A stretch of 32,000 nucleotides of DNA, taken from positions 1,080,001 through 1,112,000 of the forward strand of contig NC_009925.1 of NCBI RefSeq assembly GCF_000018105.1. Reading direction: 5' to 3'. Position numbers and translations under genes: made by a program. Of this stretch, positions 9,496 to 19,373 are shown piece by piece (position 1 is the stretch's first letter; each line of letters begins with the position of its first letter). The DNA comes from Acaryochloris marina MBIC11017. Its GTDB lineage: Bacteria > Cyanobacteriota > Cyanobacteriia > Thermosynechococcales > Thermosynechococcaceae. Under the pieces are notes generated by a model. The model did not search any database. It worked only from the letters and a program-made list of their open reading frames with translations, and was not told where the DNA came from.

Positions 9496-10482
9496 ATGCC
9501 TGCTGCGGATTACAAAGACTACTACCAAATTCTTGGGGTGAGTAAGTCCTCTAGTGAAGCAGAAATAAAGCGGGTTTTTCGTAAGCTAGCTCGGAAGTAC
9601 CACCCAGATATGAATCCGGGGGATAAAACTGCCGAGGCCAAATTCAAAGAAATCAGCGAAGCCTACGAGGTACTATCGGATCCAGATAAACGGCGCAAAT
9701 ATGATCAGTTTGGCCAATATTGGAATCAAGCTGGTGGACAAGGGAGTGGCTTCGATTTTGATTTTGGGCAATATGGCAGTTTTGACGACTTTATCAATGA
9801 ACTATTAGGGCGATTTTCCGGTGGGTTTGGAGCGGGAAACGCCTCGACCAGATCCCAAAGCACTTCCTACCGCGGAGGAGCATCTAGCACCCCAGGGTTT
9901 GGCGGGTTCCAAGATTTTGCAGGCTTCAACACACCCGGTATTTCTGCAGATGCCGAAGCAGACTTAAAATTGACCTTTTCAGAAGCCCTCAAAGGCGTAG
10001 AAAAACGACTGACCATCGGCGGCACTGAGACCATCACCGTCCGGATTCCCCCCGGTGCCAAACCTGATAACCGCATACGAGTTAAAGGGAAAGGACAAGT
10101 GAACCCCCTCAATCAATCCAGAGGGGATCTTTACCTCAAAGTCAAACTAGACGCCCACCCCTTTTTTAAGTTTGACAAGGAAAATATTTTATGTACCCTC
10201 CCCATTGCCCCAGATGAAGCGGCCTTAGGCGCCAAGGTTGATATTCCAACCCCGACCGGGGAAGTCAGTATGAATATCCCTGCCGGTATTAAATCCGGAC
10301 AATCCTTACGGCTTCGAGGAAAGGGATGGCCAAGCGCTAAGGGGAGTGCCAGCGATCTAGTGGTTAAGATTCAAATCGTCCCTCCCCCTGATCTGAGCAC
10401 CACCGAAAAGGAGTTATATGAGAAACTCGCAAACCTGCGGCAATATGATCCCCGCTCAAATCTGCTCGAAAAATCCCCTTAG
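9496..10482 (+). CDS. J-domain co-chaperone, DnaJ/CbpA type, without the Cys-rich zinc-finger domain
   Basis: J-domain DYYQILGV...KYHPDMNPGD (HPD), G/F-rich linker, C-terminal substrate-binding domains and no CxxCxGxG repeats. I prefer the ATG at 9496, preceded by AAGGAG, over the TTG at 9466 in the ORF track. Confidence 0.88.
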   Translation: MPAADYKDYYQILGVSKSSSEAEIKRVFRKLARKYHPDMNPGDKTAEAKFKEISEAYEVLSDPDKRRKYDQFGQYWNQAGGQGSGFDFDFGQYGSFDDFINELLGRFSGGFGAGNASTRSQSTSYRGGASSTPGFGGFQDFAGFNTPGISADAEADLKLTFSEALKGVEKRLTIGGTETITVRIPPGAKPDNRIRVKGKGQVNPLNQSRGDLYLKVKLDAHPFFKFDKENILCTLPIAPDEAALGAKVDIPTPTGEVSMNIPAGIKSGQSLRLRGKGWPSAKGSASDLVVKIQIVPPPDLSTTEKELYEKLANLRQYDPRSNLLEKSP

Positions 10483-10571
10483 TGAGTAGAGAAATCTCTT
10501 GACTTCACCCATACAACCCTCAACTTTCTGATAAAATATTACAAAAGTTAAGATTTGTAATTTAAGACCTC

Positions 10572-11552
10572 ATGAATCTATTAATTGTCGGTGCTACTGG
10601 AACACTTGGCAGGCAAATTGCCCGTCGGGCCTTAGATGAGGGACATGAGGTCACTTGTTTAGTGCGCGCACCTCGCGCCGCCACGTTTCTAAGGGAATGG
10701 GGTGCTTCCTTGATTAAAGGGGATTTACGAGATCCAGAAACCCTCAAATTGGCCATGGAAGGCAACACCGCCGTTATTGACGCTGCAACGGTTCGAGCCA
10801 CAGATTCCATCGGCATTCGAGAAGTGGATTGGGATGGTAAGGTAGCCCTGATTCAGGCCGCTAAAGCTGCTGGCATCCAGCGATTTGTCTTTTTCTCCAT
10901 TTTGGGCGCAGAGAATTATCCCAAGGTGCCCTTGATGGACATTAAGAACTGCACCGAGCTGTTTATCAAAGAATCTGGCCTAAACTACACGATTCTGCGC
11001 CCCTGCGGTTTCTTCCAGGGACTGATTGGACAGTATGCCATTCCCATCCTTGAGGACCAGTCCGTTTGGGTGATGAATGAAGCCACTTCAACGGCATACA
11101 TGGATACGCAAGATATCGCCAAGTTTGCGGTGAATGCCCTCTCCCATCCTGAAACTGAGAACAAAACCTTTGATTTAGCGGGCCCCAAAGATTGGTCCCC
11201 TGAACAAATTGTGGCCCTTTGCGAGAATATTGCCAATCAACCTGCCAAAGTGACACGGATGCCGATTGGCTTATTACGGAGTGGGCAAAAAATTGCTCGT
11301 TTCTTCCAATGGAGCTGGAACATTGCTGATCGCTTAGCGTTTAGTGAAGTGATTACGTCTCAGGCGCCGATCACCGTCCCGATGACAGAGACCTGTAAGG
11401 TATTTGGAGTAGATGAATCTGAGATTTCTACTCTGGAAGCCTATATGCAAGAATATTTTGATCGGATTCTCAAGAAACTGAAGCAGCTCGAATACGAGAA
11501 GAACCAGAAACAATCTCGCAAACGGAGCCCCTTCAAAACTCCCAGTTCCTAA
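10572..11552 (+). CDS. ycf39: Ycf39-like atypical short-chain dehydrogenase (NmrA-like; PSII assembly factor family)
   Basis: 326 aa. Rossmann motif VGATGTLGRQI. Full-length resemblance to Synechocystis Slr0399 as I remember it (VRATDSIGIREVDWDGK, YPKVPLMDIKNCTE, FFQWSWNIADRLAFSEV, LEAYMQEYF). Confidence 0.82.
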   Translation: MNLLIVGATGTLGRQIARRALDEGHEVTCLVRAPRAATFLREWGASLIKGDLRDPETLKLAMEGNTAVIDAATVRATDSIGIREVDWDGKVALIQAAKAAGIQRFVFFSILGAENYPKVPLMDIKNCTELFIKESGLNYTILRPCGFFQGLIGQYAIPILEDQSVWVMNEATSTAYMDTQDIAKFAVNALSHPETENKTFDLAGPKDWSPEQIVALCENIANQPAKVTRMPIGLLRSGQKIARFFQWSWNIADRLAFSEVITSQAPITVPMTETCKVFGVDESEISTLEAYMQEYFDRILKKLKQLEYEKNQKQSRKRSPFKTPSS

Positions 11553-11566
11553 CGATAGGTTGAACC

Positions 11567-12490
11567 TTGAGCGTGCCGAAAGCTGGCATTATCTATAACG
11601 AACTCAAGCCGTTCGCTTGCCGAATTGCGACTGAACTCAAAGACAAGCTCCATGCTTGTGGTTGGCAAGTCTGCTTGGCGACAGGGGTTGGCGGCATCCT
11701 TGGATATTCACGCCCTGAACATCCCGTTTGCTTCACGACGATTGATGAGTTGGTCCCTACTGGCTTTGATCAGGATGTCAAATTTGCCATCATTTTAGGT
11801 GGAGATGGCACTGTTCTGTCTGCTTGCCGACAGCTAGCTCCATGTAATGTGCCAATGTTGACGGTAAACACGGGGCATATGGGGTTCCTAACGGAAACCT
11901 ATGTCAATCAATTAGACGAAGTTCTGGATCTGTTGCTGCAAGATCAATTTTCCGTCGAAGAGCGAGCGACTCTGACGGTACAGGTGATCACAGATGGAAA
12001 AGTGCTCTGGGAAGCCTTATCTCTCAATGAGATGTTGCTCCATAAAGAACCCCTAGCCGGGATGTGCCACTTTGAAATAGCCGTCGGCGAGCATGCAGTG
12101 GTTGATATTGCTTCAGATGGCCTGCTGGTGTCTACCCCCACAGGCTCTACGGCCTATGCTTTGGCTGCTGGAGGTCCAGTGATTGCCCCCGGCGTTCCGG
12201 TAATGCAGCTAATCCCGATTTGCCCCCACTCCCTGGCATCCAGAGCGCTGGTATTTGCTGATACCGAGCCTCTAGAGGTGGTTCCAGCCAACCAACAGCA
12301 GCTTGTCCTGGAAGTAGACGGAAACGCCGGATGCTATATTGCACCCGGCGATCGCGTACGTGTAATTAAGTCACCCTATTCAGCTCGCTTTATTCGGCTT
12401 GGATCCCCAGAGTTCTTTAAAATCCTGCGGGAGAAACTGGGTTGGGGATTACCCCACATCGCTAAGCCAACATCAGTAGAGCTGCCTTAG
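11567..12490 (+). CDS. nadK: NAD(+) kinase
   Basis: 307 aa. GGDGTVL motif, [24 protein letters not shown]. The start is TTG at 11567 or GTG at 11573. Confidence 0.9.
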   Translation: MSVPKAGIIYNELKPFACRIATELKDKLHACGWQVCLATGVGGILGYSRPEHPVCFTTIDELVPTGFDQDVKFAIILGGDGTVLSACRQLAPCNVPMLTVNTGHMGFLTETYVNQLDEVLDLLLQDQFSVEERATLTVQVITDGKVLWEALSLNEMLLHKEPLAGMCHFEIAVGEHAVVDIASDGLLVSTPTGSTAYALAAGGPVIAPGVPVMQLIPICPHSLASRALVFADTEPLEVVPANQQQLVLEVDGNAGCYIAPGDRVRVIKSPYSARFIRLGSPEFFKILREKLGWGLPHIAKPTSVELP

Positions 12491-12496
12491 GCTTTG

Positions 12497-12691
12497 TTAG
12501 GATGAGCAGCTACTGAGTTGATGCATATAAAGTCCAGGTGCATAGGCTTCAACAACTTCACCTGTCTTGGCATCAGTGATCATTAAATAATCACATTCTA
12601 CACATTGGGTGCGCATCAAATTATCAATATAGTGGCGCTCTCCATGCTGGCTTCCACAGTTAGGACAGCGAATCTTTTCTATACGACTCAT
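12497..12691 (-). CDS. Small zinc-ribbon protein (CPNC...CVEC), function unknown
   Basis: 64 aa with two CxxC pairs (CPNCGS, CVECD). Converges on nadK with only a 6-nt gap. Confidence 0.55.
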   Translation of the reverse strand: MSRIEKIRCPNCGSQHGERHYIDNLMRTQCVECDYLMITDAKTGEVVEAYAPGLYMHQLSSCSS

Positions 12692-12818
12692 GAGTAAATA
12701 CCTTTGTTAAAGAGAGAAGTGAGTGACCCAGTTACAGAAGCTAAAAAAAAGATTAAATAAATGTGTTTAAATCCTAAGCTTGTTGATGTTCTCTAGCCCG
12801 TGATCCCCTCTTTTATAG

Positions 12819-12849
12819 CACCGACCTCTTAAGGGTGACGGTGTTTTTT
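12819..12849 (+). terminator. Rho-independent-type terminator oriented for the plus strand
   Basis: CACCGACC-tcttaag-GGTGACGGTG (with a 2-nt bulge) followed by TTTTTT. There is no T-run on the opposite strand. Confidence 0.45.
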
Positions 12850-13111
12850 AATGAATTTTTAGATTTGATCCCCGATGGCTAAAACTATCGCCGAGAGGGA
12901 ATACTTTTAGGGAACTATTGAGTTGAACTATCGGGGATCATACAAAAAAGACTTTTTTCACTTCACGGATGGGGAAATTGATTTTTTGTAAAAGCAAAAT
13001 ACTCGAAAACAATTCCCTGATTTGAGAGATGCATCAATAGTATTCTCGGGAAAAATATCCCATGAAAACCCTTTATTGTTTTTATTAAAAGATAAACTAA
13101 CGTCATCTTTT

Positions 13112-14992
13112 TTAAGCGGGATGGAAATAATCATAGATTTTCTGAGCAAGTTGAGGGCCAATGGTCGGGACGGCTTTTAATTGCTCTGGGCTAGCTTCCC
13201 GAATGTAGTCAATGGACCGAAAAGCCGCGAGTAGTTCCTTTTGGCGGTGGTGGCCAAGCCCTGGGATATCATCTAGCCGCGAGCGCCGCATTCGCTCTAA
13301 TCGCTTCTTGCGATGAAAACTGATGGCAAAGCGATGGGCTTCATCCCGTAATCGGCGAATGAGTTGGACGCCAGGTTGTTCAGGATCCGTGGGCAAAGGC
13401 TGGCTTTCTCCAGGCTGAAAAATCTCTTCCCGTTGCTTAGCCAGACTGATAATCTGTAGATCTTCAACGACTTCAATTTTCGTCAACGACTCTAAAACCG
13501 CTGATAATTGCCCTTTACCCCCATCAATGACCACTAGGTCAGGCCAGTCGGAGGTGCCTTGTCGAGGTTGTTCTGGGGATAGATGGTACTGGCGAAAGCG
13601 CCGATGTAGGACTTCCGCTAGACTGGCAAAATCATCTGAGTGACCAGCCTTAACGTTGGGATTTCGAATTTTGTACCGTCGATAATGTTGCTTAGCAGGT
13701 AAGCCGTCGATAAAGACCACTTGAGAAGCTACGGCATCTGACCCTTGGATATGAGAGATGTCATAGCATTCAATCCGGTGCGGTAGCTCGGGCAGATCTA
13801 AAAGTTCGGCTAGGTCTTGGAGGGCGTTGAGGGTGCGATCTCGGCTTTTTTGGGTCCGGGCTAACTCATATTGGGCATTGCGTTCGACCATTTCGATCAG
13901 TTCAGCTTTGATCTGCCGTTGGGGACAGGTAATACTGACTTTGCGTTCCTTTCGCTGGCTGAGATAGCTGGCTAATAGTTCCGTTTCCGGTAACTCAGTT
14001 TGCACCAAAATTTCCAAGGGTAGCTCTACTGGCTCAGCGCTACCGTAATGGGCTTCTAATACATGCTGCAGAATCATCCCCAGGGAGCCCGATTGGGCAT
14101 CCGCCATAAATCCCAACCGGCCCACTAAACGCCCGGACCGAATCTGGAAGAGTTGAACACAGGCAATTTGATCGTCAGCAGCGAGGGCGATCGCATCTCG
14201 CGATACGGTGTCATCGGGCAAGGCAACTTTTTGGTCAACCCCCAAGCCCTGTAAGCCTTTAATCTGATCTCGAAGCCGCGCTGCTTGTTCAAAATTAAGA
14301 TCTTCAGCAGCTTGCTCCATTTGTAGCGACAGGGTGTTAATCAATTCACTGGTACGGCCCTGGAAAATCATCACAACTTTTTGCAGGATCTGGCGATAGG
14401 CTTCTGGTGTAATCAGAGCTTGGCAAACCCCAGGGCAGCGACCAATTTCATAATTAAGGCAGGGGCGATCTTTGAACAGGGGCTTTCGTCGTTGTCGTAG
14501 GGGAAACAGGCGCTTGACCAACCGCAGGGTTTGACGAAGCTGCCACACGTCAACATAGGGGCCGTAGTATTTATCTTGGGCCTTGCCTAACCGCCGTTTG
14601 CGAGTAATAAAGATGCGAGGGTAAGTTTGGGACCAAGTGACACATAGATAGGGATACTTTTTATCGTCTTTAAGCAAAACATTAAAGTGAGGCTGATGCT
14701 GTTTGATCAGATTGGCTTCTAAGGCCAACGCCTCTGCTTCGGTATCCGTCACAATAAACTCAATATCCGCCACCTGATGAACCATCAGCTCAATTCGAGG
14801 TGGGTGGTCTTGAATTTGTCGAAAATAGGAGCGAACGCGATTTCTGAGTTTTTTGGACTTGCCAATATACAAGATGTCATCATTGGCATCTCGCATAAAA
14901 TACACGCCTGGCTCGGGCGGGATCTCTTTTAGCCTGGCTTCTAGGCGATCACGATCTTTAAGCAGGGTGGTGGTCGAAACGGCATCGGTCAC
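13112..14992 (-). CDS. uvrC: Excinuclease ABC subunit C
   Basis: 626 aa. GIY-YIG domain ([29 protein letters not shown]), UVR domain ([16 protein letters not shown]), endonuclease V-like region and C-terminal (HhH)2 domains. Confidence 0.95.
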   Translation of the reverse strand: MTDAVSTTTLLKDRDRLEARLKEIPPEPGVYFMRDANDDILYIGKSKKLRNRVRSYFRQIQDHPPRIELMVHQVADIEFIVTDTEAEALALEANLIKQHQPHFNVLLKDDKKYPYLCVTWSQTYPRIFITRKRRLGKAQDKYYGPYVDVWQLRQTLRLVKRLFPLRQRRKPLFKDRPCLNYEIGRCPGVCQALITPEAYRQILQKVVMIFQGRTSELINTLSLQMEQAAEDLNFEQAARLRDQIKGLQGLGVDQKVALPDDTVSRDAIALAADDQIACVQLFQIRSGRLVGRLGFMADAQSGSLGMILQHVLEAHYGSAEPVELPLEILVQTELPETELLASYLSQRKERKVSITCPQRQIKAELIEMVERNAQYELARTQKSRDRTLNALQDLAELLDLPELPHRIECYDISHIQGSDAVASQVVFIDGLPAKQHYRRYKIRNPNVKAGHSDDFASLAEVLHRRFRQYHLSPEQPRQGTSDWPDLVVIDGGKGQLSAVLESLTKIEVVEDLQIISLAKQREEIFQPGESQPLPTDPEQPGVQLIRRLRDEAHRFAISFHRKKRLERMRRSRLDDIPGLGHHRQKELLAAFRSIDYIREASPEQLKAVPTIGPQLAQKIYDYFHPA

Positions 14993-15209
14993 GATTATGC
15001 GTCACTGTTCCAATAAGCGATTTCTTCTAATCCTAAAACGTCTTACTCTTCGTCACATACAAATTGAGGTGTGAAGGTCTTAAGCCTCTCAACTAAACGT
15101 TATTCAAAATTAGAAGTGAAATCTTGATTTGAAATTAGACCCAATAGAGTTTGGAGGTAGATAAGTTATACGGAAGGCTCATAATAATGTTTCAATCGAT
15201 ACACTGAAC

Positions 15210-15962
15210 TTAATCCCACCAGAAGCTCCAGGCATGACCGTTCATTAAGAGAGCGGCTAAATGTTCGATTGTTTCACATCCTTGATCTACGATATCTGGA
15301 CAATAGAGGTAATGTTCCAAAGCTAAAGATAAGGATTCTTCTTGTGTGGAAGGAGGGTTGTCAATGGACATTTCAACGGTGTCACCGCTTATTCCCGCCA
15401 ATGATGCCCCAAAACGTTGACCCCAATATTGAAGCAGAGCGGCATGAACATAGGCTGCTGGACACTCATTCCAATTACCATAGGCGAGAGAAATAGGAGC
15501 GAGCCAACTCTCTTGTGCAGGGACCAGAAGCATCCACCAGGGGTCTAAGTGGTTACCCTGACGATCAAAAGGAAACCAAAATGAATTTTTAGGTCCAATA
15601 TTCGTAGGCCAGACTCCCCGAGGAAAACTGCCCTCATTATCTTCTTCAAGATCTTGATGGCGTTCTGAGAACCAGTTCTTTAGATTCAGTTGAGTTGCCA
15701 AACGAATATTTTCGGATGAATCCCAGGAATTATTATTGTCAAGATGAGCTTGTAGATAGTTGAGATCATCTGTGCTACCCACTCCTACGGGAAGATATCC
15801 AAAGCGCTTTGCCTTTTGAGTCGCCAGGTGCCACCGGTCAAAAGACCTATCTGCTGGCATTGCCAGTGCCCAGAGTGGATCTGGAGTGGGACTGACTAAT
15901 CTTTCTACTTCGGTAATGTCCGATAGCTCCAGTCCCTTAAGCAGTTCTGTTACTTGCAACAT
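15210..15962 (-). CDS. DUF4253-like protein
   Basis: 250 aa. C-terminal half resembles DUF4253 (YGNWNECPAAYVHAALLQYWGQRFGA...EHYLYCPDIVDQG...AWSFWWD). Recognised from memory of the family profile. Confidence 0.6.
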   Translation of the reverse strand: MLQVTELLKGLELSDITEVERLVSPTPDPLWALAMPADRSFDRWHLATQKAKRFGYLPVGVGSTDDLNYLQAHLDNNNSWDSSENIRLATQLNLKNWFSERHQDLEEDNEGSFPRGVWPTNIGPKNSFWFPFDRQGNHLDPWWMLLVPAQESWLAPISLAYGNWNECPAAYVHAALLQYWGQRFGASLAGISGDTVEMSIDNPPSTQEESLSLALEHYLYCPDIVDQGCETIEHLAALLMNGHAWSFWWD

Positions 15963-16021
15963 CTACTTTTTCGATGTAATTCTTTTGAAATTTTGGGAAC
16001 TGTGATTGTGGCTATCAGTGC

Positions 16022-17494
16022 TTAACAACGAACCATTTCATAGACGCCTTGATATTGCTCTCCAGGATAATTCCAGGAATAGTCATAGGCCATCCCCTGC
16101 ATCACCAGCTTTTGAAACTCTTTAGGATAATCCGTCCATAGGCCCATAGCTCGGTTCATGGCTGATTCTAAGGCATGATTATCGGTCTGATAAAAGACAT
16201 AGCCATTACGTTCCTCAGGCGTCTTTTCTGGATCGAAATCGCGATCAAAGACGGTATTCACTAGACCACCCACCCCACGGACAATGGGGACGGTACCGTA
16301 CTGGAGGCCAATCACCTGCGTTAAGCCACAGGGTTCATAGTTACTGGGCACCACAATCATATCTGCCCCAGCATAAATCAGATGGGCCAGTTCTTCGTTA
16401 AAGCCGAGTTCGAGATGGCAATCTGGGTTGGAGTTAAGGAAATGCTTCTCATGCCAGAACCAAGAATTAATTCCAGGTTCTGTAGCAGAGCCCAAGAGAA
16501 CAAATTGGGCGTTTTTATTCAGGGCATGGTAAATGGCATGGTGCACCAAATGCATCCCTTTCTGCTCGTCCAATCGGCCAATAAAGGCAATTAAGGGCCG
16601 ATCGACATCTCTAAGCAATAATCGCTCCCGGAGTGCCTTTTTATTCAGGGCTTTACCACTTAAATCATTGACGGAATAGGGATGAGGAATATAGTCATCC
16701 TTTTCGGGGTTCCAGACATTGTAGTCAATGCCGTTGAGGATACCGCCAAATTTACCCTGATGGATTTCTAGAGTATGTCCTAACCCATAACCCACCGTTT
16801 CGTAACGAGCCTCCCAAGCATGATGAGGGGATACGGTATTCACATAGTTGGCGTAAACAATCCCACCTTTCATCAGGTTGAGGGCAAAGGGATTGAAATT
16901 GTCTAATAGGCGATCGTAATGGAAGTAGTAGGATTCTCGGTTAAGCCCCGTTGCCCACAAAACATTGGCTCCAGCAATGCCTTGATGCTTAAAGTTATGG
17001 ATGGTGTAAACCACGCGCTGGCGACCCATTCCATGATATTGATACATCTCATAGAGGAGGACGGGCACCAATCCGGTCTGCCAATCATGACAGTGGAGAA
17101 TATCAGGGCGCTTATTGGATCTGAGCAAAAACTCTAGGGCTGCTTTACTAAAGAAGGCAAAGCGCATATGGTCATCGGTCGCCCCGTAGTAATGCCCCCG
17201 ATTGAAGAAATTATCGCCAGAGTTGGGTTGGATAAAGAAGCATAGTTGGCCGTGAACCCAACCACAAAAGACGTTGCAATGAACAGCTCCGCCATACCAA
17301 GGCACTGACAAGTCTCGATAGGCTTCATGCAGACCCCAAACATGGTCGTAGCGCATGCAGTCGTACATTGGCAAGATGAGTTCAACGCAATGGCCCCGAA
17401 CTTCAAGTTCTCTACTCAGACCATAGACGACATCTCCGAGCCCACCGGCTTTGATTACTGGGGCACATTCAGAGGCAATCTGGACAATGTACAC
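16022..17494 (-). CDS. glgA: Glycogen synthase (GT5, ADP-glucose dependent)
   Basis: KAGGLGDVV motif and full-length GlgA pattern. I prefer the GTG at 17494 (MYIVQIASECAPV), 5 nt after AAGGAG, over the GTG at 17500. Confidence 0.93.
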   Translation of the reverse strand: MYIVQIASECAPVIKAGGLGDVVYGLSRELEVRGHCVELILPMYDCMRYDHVWGLHEAYRDLSVPWYGGAVHCNVFCGWVHGQLCFFIQPNSGDNFFNRGHYYGATDDHMRFAFFSKAALEFLLRSNKRPDILHCHDWQTGLVPVLLYEMYQYHGMGRQRVVYTIHNFKHQGIAGANVLWATGLNRESYYFHYDRLLDNFNPFALNLMKGGIVYANYVNTVSPHHAWEARYETVGYGLGHTLEIHQGKFGGILNGIDYNVWNPEKDDYIPHPYSVNDLSGKALNKKALRERLLLRDVDRPLIAFIGRLDEQKGMHLVHHAIYHALNKNAQFVLLGSATEPGINSWFWHEKHFLNSNPDCHLELGFNEELAHLIYAGADMIVVPSNYEPCGLTQVIGLQYGTVPIVRGVGGLVNTVFDRDFDPEKTPEERNGYVFYQTDNHALESAMNRAMGLWTDYPKEFQKLVMQGMAYDYSWNYPGEQYQGVYEMVRC

Positions 17495-17946
17495 AGTCAC
17501 TCCTTGATTGAATAAATCTTTTTAGAGAGAATATAAATAAAAGCTTAATTTACAAAAGTATATATTTATATTGCTCTTAAATCAGCAGGAATCGCAAACT
17601 TCCTTTCTACCTATTGGGTGAATATAAGCTGGATGAGTGGTCTGTAATCCTGCCCTATCTCAACAACATTAATGCTTTACAGCTTGTACATTGGGGGCGG
17701 GTTGAGAGAATAACATCCCTTCGAACCATTACTGCAAATACCACAATAGTTGTCCCCTTGCCCTCTCAACATGAACTTTATTGACGTAGCCCATAAAGAT
17801 TATTGACAACAGCTTTAGTAAATCTTCATACAAAGATTCACGATGCACCTTTGATACAGTATCGTTCTACAAGGCACTCTTATTGCACTTATCAACATTC
17901 AGTTCAGACTGAATATTATTATTTTTAGGGTTAAGGAGCATACAAA

Positions 17947-18207
17947 TTGTTCACACCAACTTTTCTTACGGTTGCCGTCCGCGCGGTTAATTGGACCCCA
18001 GCAGTAGGTGTTGTAATGATTGCAGCCAATATTTTGGCCATTGCGATCGCAAAGTACAGCATTCAATATCCCAATGTTGGCCCAAGCATGCCAGCATCCA
18101 ACTTGTTTGGTGGGTTTAGCTTCAATGCTGTGTTGGGGACCCAAGTGTTTGGTCATGTCTTAGGTGCTGGAGCGATTCTAGGACTCACCTATTTGGGTGT
18201 TCTTTAA
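17947..18207 (+). CDS. psaK: Photosystem I subunit PsaK
   Basis: 86 aa, two TM helices. FGGFSFNAVLGT..FGHVLGAGAILGL..LGVL matches the PsaK family end to end. TTG start lies 8 nt after AAGGAG. Confidence 0.85.
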   Translation: MFTPTFLTVAVRAVNWTPAVGVVMIAANILAIAIAKYSIQYPNVGPSMPASNLFGGFSFNAVLGTQVFGHVLGAGAILGLTYLGVL

Positions 18208-18266
18208 CGCTCTAGATCCAAAGCATAGGGGTTACTTCAACTAGATTCGGTCAAGCAGTCAGGGTC

Positions 18267-18905
18267 TCAGATCTCTGGCTGCTTTTGTATGGCGGGTTGC
18301 GTCAGAATTCCATTTAAAAATATATCTGCTAAGGTCTCGGCCATTTCTCGCTGAAACCCTGGAGAAGGGTCTTCATCCATCAGCGTATCCTGGCTAAATC
18401 CAGCGATCATGAACATCCCTAGAAACACACGGGCAACAACCTGGGGGTTGAGGTCACGATAGGTTCCTCGCTCAATCCCCGTTTGAATAAAGGCTTCCAC
18501 CACGCTGGTCATTTTAGAAATAATTTCAGCTTGAATTCGATCTCTGAGTTCAGGATGAAACTGGGCTTCCATAAAACAAACCCGCATCAGGTCGGCCTGT
18601 TTGGGAAGCGTTAGCATACGCTCACGCATCAGTTTGGCAATGGATCGATAGCTACCCATTTCACTTAAATGAGTGAGTAAGTCTGTTAGCATTTCACTCC
18701 AACCTTGGGTGACCACTGCGACCAAAATGGCTTTTTTGTTCTCGAAATGCCGAAATAGGGTGCCCTCAGCAATCTCAGCAGCTTCTGCAAGTTGACGTGT
18801 CGTCGTTTTTTCAAATCCTTGACGGGCAAATAACCGCTGGGCAGCTTCTAAAATACGGTGGTTAACGTCAGTTTGTGGAGCAGTGGAGTGGCTGGAAAGT
18901 TGCAT
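18267..18905 (-). CDS. TetR-family transcriptional regulator
   Basis: 212 aa. N-terminal HTH (FEKTTTRQLAEAAEIAEGTLFRHFENK). Confidence 0.85.
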   Translation of the reverse strand: MQLSSHSTAPQTDVNHRILEAAQRLFARQGFEKTTTRQLAEAAEIAEGTLFRHFENKKAILVAVVTQGWSEMLTDLLTHLSEMGSYRSIAKLMRERMLTLPKQADLMRVCFMEAQFHPELRDRIQAEIISKMTSVVEAFIQTGIERGTYRDLNPQVVARVFLGMFMIAGFSQDTLMDEDPSPGFQREMAETLADIFLNGILTQPAIQKQPEI

Positions 18906-19106
18906 GATTTCAGACCTGAAGCAACTGATTAGCTTACATTGTCCAATGAATTTTGTAGAACCGACGGAAGCATTGGTGTTTCTTTACGAAGGTAATTTCT
19001 GAATATAAATGATTTGGATTCGAAAGCATTTCAAAGAAATTGCGCTTAGAACTCTGGGGAATACTGAGAAAGAACGTCTAAGAGCTAGATTTTGGGTTCA
19101 CGGTTG

Positions 19107-19373
19107 ATGAATTTCCTAATCAAACCCTATGAGAGTGTTGGGCTAGTCCAGCTAGGAATGACTCCTAAACAAGTTCGACGAGCCTTGAAGTGTTCACCGT
19201 CAACTTTTGTGAATCCTGATTCCTTTGAAATTAGCGATCATTCTGGTGTGCTTGGACTGAACATCGGTTATCGTGCTCCCAATCATCTTTGCGATCGCAT
19301 TCTTTTATTCCGACCTGCAAGTCCAATTTTCCAAAATCGTAGTCTGCTAAAACGACTGTCCATGGAGAAGTTA
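19107..19373 (+). pseudogene. 5' fragment of a small hypothetical gene interrupted by IS insertion
   Basis: The ORF ends in a TAG created by the first bases of the IS630-type element. The frame continues at 21726 once both IS elements are removed. Confidence 0.55.

Noticed and set aside
12958-13161. 67-aa minus-strand ORF overlapping the 3' end of uvrC
   Set aside because: It is AT-rich, low-complexity and Lys/Ile/Phe-heavy. It overlaps the well-supported uvrC CDS in another frame, and I see no ribosome-binding site. It is most likely a chance ORF in the AT-rich spacer.
19025-19047. Imperfect dyad GCATTTC-AAA-GAAATTGC upstream of the TetR gene, as a possible operator
   Set aside because: The arms need a 1-nt bulge to pair, and the site lies about 120 nt from the start codon. 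That is not distinctive enough to call.
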